64,000 nucleotides of DNA from contig JAKIMF020000005.1 of assembly GCA_022605425.2 (NCBI GenBank), forward strand, positions 62,001 through 126,000, in the 5' to 3' direction. This DNA comes from Hamiltosporidium tvaerminnensis FI-OER-3-3. Taxonomy: Eukaryota > Fungi > Microsporidia. The notes beneath the pieces were generated by a model. It searched no databases, was not told where the DNA came from, and was given only the letters and a program-made list of their open reading frames with translations. This document shows, in pieces, positions 37,501-50,420 of the stretch; the first letter of the stretch is position 1, and the number at the start of each line of letters is the position of its first letter. Position numbers and translations under genes: made by a program.

Positions 37501-40487
37501 AAACAGAAAATTTCTCAATTTACATGGAATAATATCGATATATTTTAGTAAAATAGCCTCTCAAAAATTGATTTAGTTTAATTTCTACTGAAAAAATTTA
37601 TGATTTTTCAATTCTATTGTATAGAAATTTCGAAAATATGAAATATAGTTTTGAAGAATTTCCAGGCGGTATTCTAGTTTGATATTTTTTTTATTACAAA
37701 CATATGTAAAAGAAAAAAATACCTAAGATTTTATATTTATTCGCAATAGTTACATCCTAATAGAATTTATAAAGAATTTTTTAAAGTTCTCTGATCTATA
37801 GGTTATCTAAAATTAGTCTATATTTATTTACAAAAATATCTTTAAAATTGAATTCCTAAATGATTTAACCTAAAAAAATGTTGCCATTTTATACAAATTA
37901 AAATATTTTAGTGATTTATCAGTATAAAGCTAATCGGGTCAATACTACCAAAAGAAGTAAAATATTGATAAGCATAAATTAATCATAGTTTTTTCTTGAA
38001 GGGCATCATTTTTTTTATATTTTTATACTTGTTCTTATTTCTTTGTTAATATTACAATATTATATTGAGATTTATTATTTACTCTTTATTCAGACATTTA
38101 CTCAAAGCCAAGAAATAAGTATACATAGTAACATACATTATGTTTATGTTTTTCTAGACATTTTTACTGAGTAACTCTATAAAGAATTTTTTACGATTTT
38201 TTATTCTGTTTTCAGAAAATATTGAAAATTATTTAAATTTTATTATTCTTTTTATATTATAGTTAGGTATTGGAATACGTTTCTGTTGCATTGAAGTGCT
38301 TACAGAGGCATTTTTTTGCTCAATTTATATTTAGATTAAACCAAAGACTTTCTTCTAAGAAAAGAATAAACCTATAAAAGCTCGAAATAGGATCCGTTTT
38401 TCATGTTTTAATATTGCTATTCCAACAATTCCAACTCTAGTTTATTAGAAATTTTAAGAATGAAATATTTAGATTTTCAAAAACTAGTATACATCATGGT
38501 ATTCACATATATAAAACAATATTTTTGCGCTGTTCTTACGAGATATTTAATTGGTGTCAAATACATTACAATATGATTTTGATAACAAGTTTAAACGTTC
38601 ATAATCATAATATCAGCTCACAATTTGGCTAAAATGTTATTGAATTGGCTCAAATCGTATCTAATCATGATATCTACATTATTTGCATATGAATATATAT
38701 TCAACGTCTTGTATCCTAAAAATTTCATAAATTATTTTAACTTTTTCGTAAATAATCTCGAAATATTAAGTACTTATTATATTTATATATTAAATTAATA
38801 ATTAATAAAAATTATTGCTAAAATACATTTGAAAAGCATAAATCTATAAACGAAACGTAAGAGAATTCTAAACCAAATGAATATGTCTTAATTGTCGACA
38901 AATTAAATTTTTTTACAATCAAAAAACCCAAAAACACGATTAATGCATTTCATATTTGACGAGCTTTTAGTTTTACAAAACTTAAGTAAATTCAAAAATT
39001 TAAATCTTCGATTTTTTCATAATAAACTTTTAAATTTTCATATCTACTCCATGGAATTACCATCATTCCTGTCTTAGCCTTATTTCTATCAACTTCAATT
39101 ATTAAAACTCAAAGATCTAAGTTTTCAGTCGTCTATACCTAAGATTTCGAGATAAAAAGTTTAACAGAAACTTTTAACCTATAAACCCAATTTTAAAATT
39201 TAAAATGGAACCTTTTCAGGGATATATTGCATTTTTTTATTAGCTTGATTCTCAATCTACGATTAGAACACAATTCAAGTGTGAATGATTTTTTCAATCT
39301 CTGTTTGAGTTTCGTAGAACGTTTTTTTACTTGATAGATTTTCAGCCTATTACAAAACACGCTTTAATTGAAGATACAGCAGTCCAAAATCTGGGTTCAT
39401 CTTTGGCTCATCTAAGTAAATTTCTATATATCGACTACTAATTTATATGCTTGAATAAGTATTCTAGTTCTCAATATTTTATACAAAATAATAATAATTA
39501 AAGAAGAAATTATAAATTACAAATCAGTATTTTTTGAATAATAATACTATCAAATGAAAGGTATTTTTAAAACTTACCAATATTGGATCTATGAAGGTTA
39601 AATATAACAAAAAAAATCGACTTTTCGCACGATCCATACGATTTAATTGGAACGATAATTAACTTATAAAATTTATTATAAAACAAAGGGCAATTTAGTA
39701 AAATACACGCAAATCTATAAGTGTATAGTTCTTCCTAAAAAAGTATAGTTTGTAAATTTCTGCCCAAATATTTAATAACTACGAAGATTTACCTCTCAAA
39801 TAATGAAATATTTTATGTCTGAGTTTTTGAATTCTACTACATAAACTGCATATGAATTGTTCCACGCAAGTATTTTAATAGAATCAACTAATCTCTCGCG
39901 CAGAAAAAATAGATTAAATTTATTTTAAATATTTTTACTATACAAAAGTAATTAAGTGAGGTTAGTGTGGTTGAATAAAAGAACAATAATTAGCGATATT
40001 ATGGTACATTTTAAGACCAAATAGATTAGAAAAAACCATGCTTTCATTTTTGCAAAAAAAATTAGAGTAAACGAATAAAAATGCGACAATTTGGAATATT
40101 GTGGTAAGAATTACACCAGATGGAAATAAAAAAACAAACATTTGCGGTGAAGTTTAAAGAAATTAGCTCTAATGGGTAACATATAAATGATCGATGTATT
40201 TTAAATATTATCAAGCATAATATAAAGTATTTTGATCTACAAATGGAAAAGGATTAGCTTAATACTTTTACTCGTAAAACGTGAATCATCTCATTAAATA
40301 TTCTAATTAAAATTTAGTTTGGTTAATAGAGCAGAGCGAAAATTTTAACAAACATTTGTAAAATACAGAAAAACGTGAATAACGAAAAATACAAAATTAA
40401 AAATATTTAAAATTGTTGATAGACTGAAAAAAAAGGATATATCTAAAAGATAATAAAATTATAAAAAACATACTTAAATAACTTTAC

Positions 40488-43415
40488 TCACAAGCCTTCT
40501 GCTCGATCGCCACGATCGCTATCATCGATTGGTTCATCTGTTGTATCTTTAGAAATATCAGCACCTGTTTTACTACACTTAAATATTTTTAATACTCTAG
40601 CTGGAATTTCTTTCTTGAGGATATTCAGCTGTTCACTTTGATTAAAAATGACATCGTATCCTACATATAGTCGCTTGAGCTTATGGAATCTTTCCAAAAT
40701 CGGCTTACTCAAACTATTTTCACCAAAAGCAACCAAATGCAAAGAAACAGTATCAAGTTTTGAAGCTTTTGATAGGAATGATTCAGTATCTACCAAAGAA
40801 CTAATATTTACCATATTAGCACCAGGAGTAGAATAGACTATAGGACTATCAAATACGACATTTCCCAAACAAAGAGCCCGAAGAATATAAGGCGCGGGTA
40901 AACAATTCAAACATTTCCATACATTCAAATCAGAACTAAATTTGGCTCCAAATAACCTTAAACACGTTAATGAATTCATACTTTTAAAGAAGAACACACC
41001 AACACCTTCGAAACAACAATCACTAAAATCAGCATTTATCACACTATTCAAACAGTTAAGAAATCTTACCATCGAGTCTGATTTAGAAAATTCAAAACCT
41101 TTCATAGAAACGCTTTCAAGTTTATCTAAACCGTTGAAAATGTTTATTATAGTAGGAGGTGCAAATTTAATATTGTCTATGTTTAAGGATTTCAATGAAG
41201 GAGGCAAATATATTTCTTCTGAATTGAATGGAGTGCTGAAATTGCAAGAACAATCTCTTAAGTCTAGGCTTTCTAGATGTTCAAACCTCGAAATACATTT
41301 AAAATACTGTATGTCTTCCAGCTTTAGACCTCTAAAAGCCAATCTAGTCAATGAATTTTGAATGGCTTGTTTATCCCCTAAAATAGAAAGTCTAGAAAGA
41401 GAAAAATCACAATTTGCAATTCTAAATTCTTTAAGATTTACAAGATTATTCAAAAACTCAAAATTTATATCCATATTCAAATCATTACCAGTAACTCTTA
41501 ACACTTTAAGATTTTTAAGTAGAGCGATCTTATCCATAAAATCTTTAGTAATATTACCACCAAAGCAATTTATTAAACTTAAAAATTCCAAGTTTTCATA
41601 TAAACTTATGTGTTCTAGTAAACCAAAAAAATAGTTCTTTTCACCCTCAAGCACAAACTTCTTTAAGACGGGAATAAATTTTGCATCCTTCGGCAAAATA
41701 CGTAAAGTATCAATTTGATTATTACCACCTTCTGATTCCAAGGTACATTTCTTTAAAATGATTATCTCGGGTGTAATTTTAGAAATAGATTCTAAAAACC
41801 ATTGAGAAATTTTAATTTGAAACAGCTTGACACTTTTCAATCTAATATTACATCTTAATACTTTTGTAACACATCGTTGGACTTCCTTACAATTAGGATT
41901 CAAAATTTCCAATTTTTCCAAATGTCTTAAATCATAAAGTCTATTTGGATCAAGCTCACCCAGCGCTACCATATTTAGTTTTAGTTCTTTTATTCTTTTA
42001 AAGGAATCGGAAATAAACACTTTTCTCAATGTATTATGGGTAGATGGAGGTTCTGGACCATCAAAATTAAAAGTATCATTTATTCGTTCTTTTTTATAAG
42101 CCGGTGATCTATATTCTTTTGACGGTTCAAAATCGACATTTGTCACTTCTAATGAATTATAAAGTCTCGAACCTAAAAATATTGCAAGTATATGCTTGTA
42201 CTTTCTAAAACTACAAAATGCATGTAGCTTTTGAATAACATCCGTAACGATTCTTAATTTAATTCCATTTTCGATCTTAAAACAATCCTCCATCATATTT
42301 TCGCTATAACACTGATCAGTAAAATTTTCAAGAACAAACTCTTTATTAGAAACGGAATAAGACAGATGCATATAAAAGGATCTAATAATAGCAGCAAAGA
42401 GTAAACCGAACATTCTACCAAAATTAGCATCGATGTTGACTACTTGGTTACCCCCATATCTCCTTACTTCTTCACTTCTGTTATCATTCGCTTCATCTGG
42501 AAAATCGCAATCCTCCTCGGTTTTGGGACACGGTGAAACTTCTAATATTTTATCCCACAACAAAATTCCATTTTCGTCTTTGGCATCCAAATCCACACCA
42601 GAGAAGAAAGAAAGCCATTCGGGATTTCTCTCTAAAAAATATTCTTTATATATTTCACTCAACAAAACAGACTTTTTAAAAAATTTTACGAAAAACCAAT
42701 CCGTACCTAAACTCGGCTTAATTTGCAACATATCAATAAAATACCACATCGGACAGAAATCAGCTTTTGTTATATCTAACATCGTAACGTCATAGTCTTT
42801 TAACATAAACTTTTCTAAAATATCAAATTGTTCAGCTGAAATTCCATGCACGATATTCATATAGCATGACCTGGCAAACCCTTCACTGGATAATGGATTG
42901 CACATCATATTAGACATCATTTCTATTGTGCTAAACTCAATATCATACTTTCCTTCGATAACATATTCTTTGACAACAATCGGTATATGATCTGATCTTG
43001 GTATTTTGTTTGAACAGAAATCATCCTCAGAATCAACATGTGTACCACTACAAATATCTTTTTTTTCTTCAAATGTTCCACCTTCTGTACGTAAAGCAAA
43101 CCTTGGATTGCTTTGCGTCAAAAATTCAGAAATATTTACATCACTATATTCATTAATAATGTTAAAATAGAATATATTACACTTGTCTCCCACAATATCT
43201 TCTGGTATATCAACAGCGGCACATCTTACGCTACTAAACGACAGGGTATGGATCCAAAATACTAATGATGTTATCCTCAAAGTACATTCATTCATAAATA
43301 GTACTTTCAACAGTTTAACCAATGGTATATCGGACCACATCCCAAGACATGTATTACCCATTTTTTTCTTGAAAAACGTTAATTGATCTTCAGCAAAAGA
43401 CTTCTCTTCTTTCAT
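40488..43415 (-). CDS. Large leucine-rich-repeat protein (~975 aa)
   Basis: Intact ORF; first ATG at 43415 (the track start is a TTG). The C-terminal half has repeated LxxLxLxx (LEKLEIL, LEFLSLIN, LKVLRVTGN, LESLDLRDC, LKSLNIDN). A hydrophobic stretch after an internal Met may mark the real start. Confidence 0.9.
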   Translation of the reverse strand: MKEEKSFAEDQLTFFKKKMGNTCLGMWSDIPLVKLLKVLFMNECTLRITSLVFWIHTLSFSSVRCAAVDIPEDIVGDKCNIFYFNIINEYSDVNISEFLTQSNPRFALRTEGGTFEEKKDICSGTHVDSEDDFCSNKIPRSDHIPIVVKEYVIEGKYDIEFSTIEMMSNMMCNPLSSEGFARSCYMNIVHGISAEQFDILEKFMLKDYDVTMLDITKADFCPMWYFIDMLQIKPSLGTDWFFVKFFKKSVLLSEIYKEYFLERNPEWLSFFSGVDLDAKDENGILLWDKILEVSPCPKTEEDCDFPDEANDNRSEEVRRYGGNQVVNIDANFGRMFGLLFAAIIRSFYMHLSYSVSNKEFVLENFTDQCYSENMMEDCFKIENGIKLRIVTDVIQKLHAFCSFRKYKHILAIFLGSRLYNSLEVTNVDFEPSKEYRSPAYKKERINDTFNFDGPEPPSTHNTLRKVFISDSFKRIKELKLNMVALGELDPNRLYDLRHLEKLEILNPNCKEVQRCVTKVLRCNIRLKSVKLFQIKISQWFLESISKITPEIIILKKCTLESEGGNNQIDTLRILPKDAKFIPVLKKFVLEGEKNYFFGLLEHISLYENLEFLSLINCFGGNITKDFMDKIALLKNLKVLRVTGNDLNMDINFEFLNNLVNLKEFRIANCDFSLSRLSILGDKQAIQNSLTRLAFRGLKLEDIQYFKCISRFEHLESLDLRDCSCNFSTPFNSEEIYLPPSLKSLNIDNIKFAPPTIINIFNGLDKLESVSMKGFEFSKSDSMVRFLNCLNSVINADFSDCCFEGVGVFFFKSMNSLTCLRLFGAKFSSDLNVWKCLNCLPAPYILRALCLGNVVFDSPIVYSTPGANMVNISSLVDTESFLSKASKLDTVSLHLVAFGENSLSKPILERFHKLKRLYVGYDVIFNQSEQLNILKKEIPARVLKIFKCSKTGADISKDTTDEPIDDSDRGDRAEGL

Positions 43416-46156
43416 GGCCTGCAATTTTTTTTCGACTTAAATTGTTTTAATGAAGTGTTTTATCAGTTTTTTAATTAAAACATTTATGATAAAACAAAAA
43501 GAATATATTTTAATCAAAAATGCCTCCAATAATTATTCTTTATTAACTAATTAGATGTATTTGTTATCATAAAAAATATTTTTTAATTTATTGAATACAC
43601 CTTTGATTACCATTCAAAATATATAAAGTCACTTAAATAATATGTATGTAATTTATTAATAAGCTGGTGATTTTCTTGGTTTCAGCTCAAATACTTAAAT
43701 AAGCCAAAGACTTTGCTTTTCAAACTTCTTTTTGTTTAGTTTAGTGTCTATACTCATATTTTGGATGAATGTGTAAGTCTTTTTGCAAACATCTTTTGTT
43801 TAAAAAATTTATTTAATTTTTTGTTATTAAACTGCTAGAAACTAAAGAAAAATATAAAAAATTTGTTTCGCCAATTGGTAAATAGATTAAAATTAGTTTC
43901 TTTTATTTAATTAATAGAATATCCTAGAATTTAATTTATCAAAATGAGCATACCAAAGCTACGAATGAAAGTTTTAAACTAAAATTATTCAAAGGAAAGC
44001 ATTTTAGAATGTTTGAGTAATTTGTATAATTTAATAGGCAAAATATATATGAGCGGATTTTGTATATAAATTCATCTATATGTGGTTTATTTTATTTAAT
44101 GTTTTGGTTTCGATTTATATAATCTTTGTTTATAATCATCTATGTGTTTACTGATTTATTTCAACTCGGTATTGAATTTTTTTATTTGGAATATATTGAA
44201 CGTTTCAAAGTTAATTGAAATAGATATTTTTACTCATTAATACTTATTTTTATTAACAAATGAGTTTTAAGCGTCTAATATCCTAAAGAAATAGGAAGGT
44301 GTATTTTTCTGACTATTTAACCAAGTATTATTGTCATGTAAATATATATTATCGAATAAAATATATAAATTTGTTTTTTTTGCTGTTTCTTCACCCGAGT
44401 AATATAGATATGCCGACTGATATTAGATATTTCTATGGTATTTTCAACAATATTATTTAGGTGAACCAAATATGTCAATGTATCGACTTTTATAAGTTAC
44501 TTCCATGGTTTAACCAAAAAAGCCATAAATAAAGCCAAGTAAATCATAAATTTTCTAATTATAACGAGATTGCAGCTATGTATAACTTGCAGATTTTTAA
44601 GCAATTCGTTTTATTTTATTTCAAACAATACCAGAATTTTAGAACAGAATGTGATTTCTACCGATATCGGCAGATCCTTAATAATTCAATCAGAGCTAAT
44701 ATATTTTTTTTATATTAGAAGAAGTATAGCATGACTTTGTTCCTACGCTCTCTTCGCAACTTTATTTTCAAAAAATTCTTAAAAATAATGACAATAAGCT
44801 TGTTTTTATAACCATATTAGCGAAAAAATGTATTTATTACCAGAAACATCACTAATACATTATTTATGTCCATATCTCAGTCTATCTTATACATAGTGTC
44901 TGAAACTCGTATTTTGCTTCAGACTGAAGAGAAAAAATAGCGATTTCCTATGTAACACTAGAAAATTACAGGTATAGAGGAAACAAAAAAACCGTGTGAT
45001 TCAAACACCGAATTCTATCTTTAAAGCCATCATTTTTATTAGAATTTTTTTATAAATTACTCGTGACACATCCAACATTAATGGATCTGAAAAATATTTT
45101 GCGAAATATTTTTTAGTAAATAAATCAGCGCAAAAAATTCATTGAACATTTTAAAATAATTTTAAGTTTATTGTGGTAATCCTATTGGTCATACCATTTC
45201 ATATCGCGCCCCCTTAATTTTATAAAGAATTTTTTATAGAAAAAATTATGAAGCAAATTATCAAAATTTCTTGTTTAGGAAAAATAAATATTTTAAGTTG
45301 TATTTTTCTGCTTTCTTTTTCGATTATTTTTTTTTCTTTAATAATTTATATTCCCACAAGGATTTTACAAAAAAAGCAAAAAATTCGATGAACAACTCTC
45401 TAAAAGAAATGCCACATTTATAGTAATCATTTGAGCAAAAATATTATTTATTTTACAATATTTTTTATGTATTATTGTCTGACTTTGATTAGAATTTAAA
45501 ATATTTACACAAAAGTAAGATAATTGTGAAAAAAAGGAGAAAGAACAAAAAATTAGCTTTTATAATAGCAAGGAATTTTCGCTTCACATATAAAGAAATA
45601 TAAAAATGGTTTTGACGAAGAAAAAACATCTGAAAAGTTTCAATACGAAAATATTTTTACCTTTCTTGAAATTCTGAATAACAACAAAGTAACAATAGAA
45701 ATTTAATTCGTTTATTTACTTTATTTAATCTTTAAAGTTAAATTAATAACTTTCTTTAAATCTTTTTCATTTAATGGAATCTGACAAATAAATTTTGCTT
45801 TGAAAAAATCAGAATTTTTTTTTATCAAATCCCCTATTTTAATGGTTCCCCTTTGTTGCAAAAAAAACAAATTTTTTAAAAAAAAATAAATTAAAGAGAT
45901 CGATAGGATTACTAAATTTATTGGTGATCTGAATTTTTATAAACAGTATAGTGTGTGGATAAATCCGGAAACTTAAAAAATTCTTAGATTTTAATATATT
46001 TTAAAAATGTTTAAAAGAAATTTAAATCCTTTGCAGTAAATAATGACTTTGAAGTTTGTATATTTATATTTTTGATCTGTGAATTTGATTATTGTCCGAG
46101 TTATACTTTTTAAGATATTTTTTTTGAAATGCTTAAAAAAATCGAATAGCAAAAAT

Positions 46157-46223
46157 TTTATTTAATAAAATTCTGCGTTAAAATATTTTTTTACCACTTT
46201 TATATATTTTCTTCCACCTCTTT
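46157..46223 (-). mobile_element. Minimal 3'-end-only RLE copy R6
   Basis: TTTATTTAATAAAATTCTGCGTTAAAATATTTTTT...TTTTCTTCCACCTCTTT matches the reverse complement of R2's last ~65 nt. Confidence 0.7.
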
Positions 46224-46559
46224 CGAATTGCTAAAATTATTTCATATTTTCACTATAGATCAGTGAATTATATCATTTGTGCTTTTAAATTATCCATCAT
46301 TTTGTAATATTCAATCAGCTGAGAAAAAAATCTTGAATGAAGTTAAGCTAAAAATGGATTCAATAAGAAATTTTTTCGAATTGCTTTAAAATGCATATAT
46401 AAAGGCAATGACAGTTTAAAAAATGTATATAGAATAGGTAGATATATGAATTTAAAGATGTATATAGATTATCTTTTTTTATAGATATTACTATGAAATA
46501 TAGAATTTCTGATTTTAGATGAGAAATTCGTAAAATTGATCCATTTGAAACAACTCAAA

Positions 46560-47331
46560 AACTGGATGCATCATATAATTATAGTCGTATTGTTTAAACT
46601 GCAAGAATCAACTAAATAAGGTGAATTTGTGTTCTTCTGTCTCAAGATTCTTTGTTATCACTAAAATTTGATTTCTAGATTCGTGATTCCAAAATTATTT
46701 TAAAAAATTTTAGATGACCATTGAAAACGTAACAATATTTGGTAATGAAAGCAAGTTAAACTTTTTTAATTCAGATGGTAAGGTTTATTTGTTAAGAGAA
46801 AAAAAGACCGAAAAATCAAAAATAAATGGACACCAACAGGTAATCTTATGTTAGAAACATTATGGTTTAAAGATGTATGTCATTGTAATGTGTTTGTATT
46901 GGCATTTATTGCCCCTACTATGGACAGATTTCAATATTTTGGTATTCTTGCAAACAATTTGGAATCATCTGTTGGAATTATGAGTTCGAGCAATTATATT
47001 TTATCGAGAAAATAGACCTAAGCATACATCGAAGGTGGCTGTAGAATATTTAAAAATAAAAGCAATCGAAACACATCCTCAGCTTTTACAATCGCTCGAT
47101 TTGAACCCAATAGGACATCTTTGAGCCTATTTGAAAAAAATGGTGTAATTTAACTTTTAAATCTAAGAATAAGGTAAAGAAAAAGATAACTAAATTTGAA
47201 AGGAAATTAATATTGCTTTTGTTAAAACCTTGCTATGTCTATGAAACGACAACTGGTAGCTGTCTTACGTGCACTCAGGGTGGTATAATAAATAATAAAC
47301 AACAGTCTCTGATTTTTTTTTGATCATACTG
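46560..47331 (+). mobile_element. Tc1-like transposon relic with right end
   Basis: NESKLNFFNSDG (DESKF), PKHTSKVA, QSLDLNPIGHL*AYLK (SPDLNPIEHLW), SMKRQLVAV; ends ...ATCATACTG followed by TA. No left TIR found. Confidence 0.8.
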
Positions 47332-47427
47332 TATATAGATCATCAAAATTGGCATATATTCCTAAAATTTTCTGTCTATTTTATAGTTTTATATTCATTA
47401 ATAAAAGTAAGAAATTTTTTATTGTGT

Positions 47428-47555
47428 AGTTTTGTGTATATTTATAAATTTATAATCCTCAATATAAAGTTCTATATATTTATAAAATTAGATCTCTAAT
47501 ATAAAGTTTGTATATATTTATAAAATTAAATCTTTAATATAAGTTTGTATATCTT
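47428..47555. repeat. 37-bp tandem repeat, ~3.5 copies
   Basis: Unit approximately AATATAAAGTTTGTATATATTTATAAAATTAGATCTCT. Confidence 0.8.
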
Positions 47556-47737
47556 TAATTTTTAGTTCTATATTTTTATTTACATATTTTTGCAATGTAA
47601 ACGCCAAATACAATCTCAATCTCTAATTGTAAAGACTTATATTTATAACTACAAGAAAACCAATTTTTTTTAGCAAACTGTCACTATAGAAACAATTACA
47701 ATACCTTTCCAAAGGAATATTTAATAGAATAAGAAAA

Positions 47738-47818
47738 ATATTTTTATTATCTCAAAGATTTAATTTATAAATATAAATCAAGAAATGATAAATTGAATCT
47801 TTGAGATAATAAAAATAT
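47738..47818. repeat. 31-bp inverted repeat with 19-nt spacer
   Basis: ATATTTTTATTATCTCAAAGATTTAATTTAT / ATAAATTGAATCTTTGAGATAATAAAAATAT; one T-G position. Confidence 0.85.
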
Positions 47819-48073
47819 AAATTTAAAAAAAATCTAAAAAAATAATCGGTATCTTTAATACTTACCAAAATAAATCACTGTTTTCCGATTTAATATGAAT
47901 AAATTACTTCCTTAAATCTATTTATTTCCAATAACTAGAAATTTAGAGGAAAAGCATTTTAATTTACCAAAATAGAAATTCTAGATTGAAATTTCTAAAA
48001 TAAATTAAATAATCAATTTAGAAATATAACTGATAAATTAAATGATATTTAACGGAAATCTAAATGAAAACCC

Positions 48074-48793
48074 ATGGAAAAGTTATTGGAAGTATTTATA
48101 AAGGAAATAAAGGAAAGTCATGATGTGGATATTGTGGTAGAGTGGTGCAATAAATATGTAAAAGAATATTACAGCAAAGAATCGTTTCATTACGATCTAA
48201 TAAATCTATTAAAAAGTAAAAATGTCAATGAAAAAGATAAAATGGAAATTTTAAATATTTGTATAAATTTATTTCATTTTGGCTACGACATAACGAATAA
48301 GGTTTGTCACAATAAATATACGAATTCAGACGCAAGATCAATCAATGTTGTAAGTTCAATGGTATGCTGGGGTATCATTGGCAAAATATTAATGAAATAC
48401 TTTGATGATGAATTTTATATCAAAGCAACGGAAATATTTGATGATGCTTCTTTCTATTTTTGTATGCCGAATAAGAGAAATGATGAAATGAATTATTTTC
48501 AATCGAAGGCGCGCCTACATTTTTATACAAAAGTGTATTTACCTTTAAGATTGAGAGATTTAATTATTGGAACAAATGTTACAAATAATTATCTGGAGAA
48601 TGAACCAGCTTTTGTGTGCAAATATCTTGTTGACATTCTTAAAGAAAATAACATTAAGGAAGAGAACAACTTCAATGATTTAATTTCTTATTTCGGTAAG
48701 TTGAGGTTTGAAGAAATGAATTCAATTTTTAAAGGTGTTAATTTGGAGAATTTAAAAGCAGACGGTAAGAAAAATCTATCTGCGTTCGAGTGA
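48074..48793 (+). CDS. Hypothetical protein, 239 aa
   Basis: Intact ORF with CCC-ATG; no family recognised. Confidence 0.8.
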   Translation: MEKLLEVFIKEIKESHDVDIVVEWCNKYVKEYYSKESFHYDLINLLKSKNVNEKDKMEILNICINLFHFGYDITNKVCHNKYTNSDARSINVVSSMVCWGIIGKILMKYFDDEFYIKATEIFDDASFYFCMPNKRNDEMNYFQSKARLHFYTKVYLPLRLRDLIIGTNVTNNYLENEPAFVCKYLVDILKENNIKEENNFNDLISYFGKLRFEEMNSIFKGVNLENLKADGKKNLSAFE

Positions 48794-49189
48794 CATTTAA
48801 TTAAAGTATTTAATTTAGTAAACATTTAAACCCTTTTTCTTAGAATTATTGCTACCTTCTAAAAACTTTTATTCTAAAAAGTTATAATGCTTTTATATTT
48901 TATATTTATTTTTCTACTTTTAATTGGATTTAAGAATTTAATTTTTTAATATTATTGCTTATCATTTTAAACTTTTTTTAAATGTAAAAAATATATGCAT
49001 GAAAATACAAATAAACCTTTCAACAGAGATTATTCAATAAATTTCAAATTATTCAAAATGGTTAGAAAAATTTAATTATTTTTGTGAAATAAACACATAT
49101 AAGGTTAAAAATATAAAAAAGTTTCGATTGTTTTCAATATTTCATCGGTATTTCTATATACCGATATTTAAAGCTTTAAATCTTCAAGA

Positions 49190-49730
49190 TAGGTAGAACC
49201 CTTCTAAAGATAGGAAGTTGCTATGAGTTTGAATGGTCGAAACTCAACCTAGGCACCTTGGATACTACAACATTCTCACCTACTTTACACTTATCAAACC
49301 AAATAAACTTCCAGCTAAGATATATCTCAGCGACTTACATAAGGTTCACCTAGATGTTGCAATGTCATGCCGACAAGTATAACCTGCTATTTAGATTTTC
49401 GGCATTTAAAGTTATGTTTTCTGTATTTTTTTAAATCTAAGTCATCTAGCAAGAGGTATAAAAACCCGTATTTTCATATTTTTTGCATGGTAATCACTTA
49501 CGATGTCAACCAAGTTTTACAATCTAGTTACATAAAAAACTACAAAATTAGTTTTAGAAAATTTTAAAAATATATGGACCTTTTCTAACACATATAATTT
49601 GTCATAGAACAACCGAAATCCAATGTTGCCTTTTATCTCACCGAAAATTCATAAATTAGCATCTTCGCACGAATTTCACCCACTCATCGCAAAGCAGATT
49701 AGTTTTAGCGGGATTCTCAAACTCTTCCGT
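49190..49730 (-). repeat. Diverged, 3'-incomplete module M copy M4
   Basis: AATAAACTTCCAGCTAAGATATATCTCAGCGACTTACAT...CACCTAGA...GCAATGTCAT and GAACAACCGAA align with M1 in the same orientation. Confidence 0.8.
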
Positions 49731-50420
49731 CGAAAAATATTATTACACTTGTTTATTTGTTGACACTATATATTTGAAATGTTGAAATTCTAAAACTAAA
49801 GAATGAAAAAAAAATTAACCTTGAGTATTGATTATTAAAATCAGGGGTCTCCAAACAAAAGAACGCGGTAGCAGTTCAGCCATTACCTCCACCAATCCTT
49901 TTGTCAATCTTTTTATTTTAGGGTAGGCGGTTTTTAAGCCAAAAATGGTATAATTCCTGTGTATTATACAAAAAAATTATAATTACAGATAATTTTTAAT
50001 ATTAATTCGTAACAAAAAAAAAGTATTTGGTTCTTAACATTGTTTGAAACCATATCCTTTTTTTTGAATATTTTCAACCAAACAACCAAGATGAAAGAAA
50101 AAAAATTAATGGCACAACTAATTATGATGTGATTGATGTAATTAAGATTCGGCACTACTTATTCGTTAAAATTGGTTAAATTTACAAGTAAAAATTATCA
50201 ATAACGGCTTCAAGTGCATATCTGTTAATTTAAATTTAAAAATATACTTTTGAATTTTATTTTAGAAAATATTTGTTCATGCAGTTAGATAGTGCCGAGG
50301 CAGAAATAAACAGCAGAGTAAATCAATTAACGTGATTGAATTGTGTGAGGAAGATCTGATAAAATTTTAGTAAATTTTTGAATATTTTTGTATAAAAGTA
50401 CGGCTAATATACAGTTTTTT

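Noticed and set aside
35300-39500. Possible decayed genes on the minus strand (CCCC near 37207, LRR-like fragments)
   Set aside because: No intact start or long frame; evidence too thin.
47428-47555. CRISPR-like array
   Set aside because: Contiguous tandem units without unique spacers; no cas genes; eukaryotic context.
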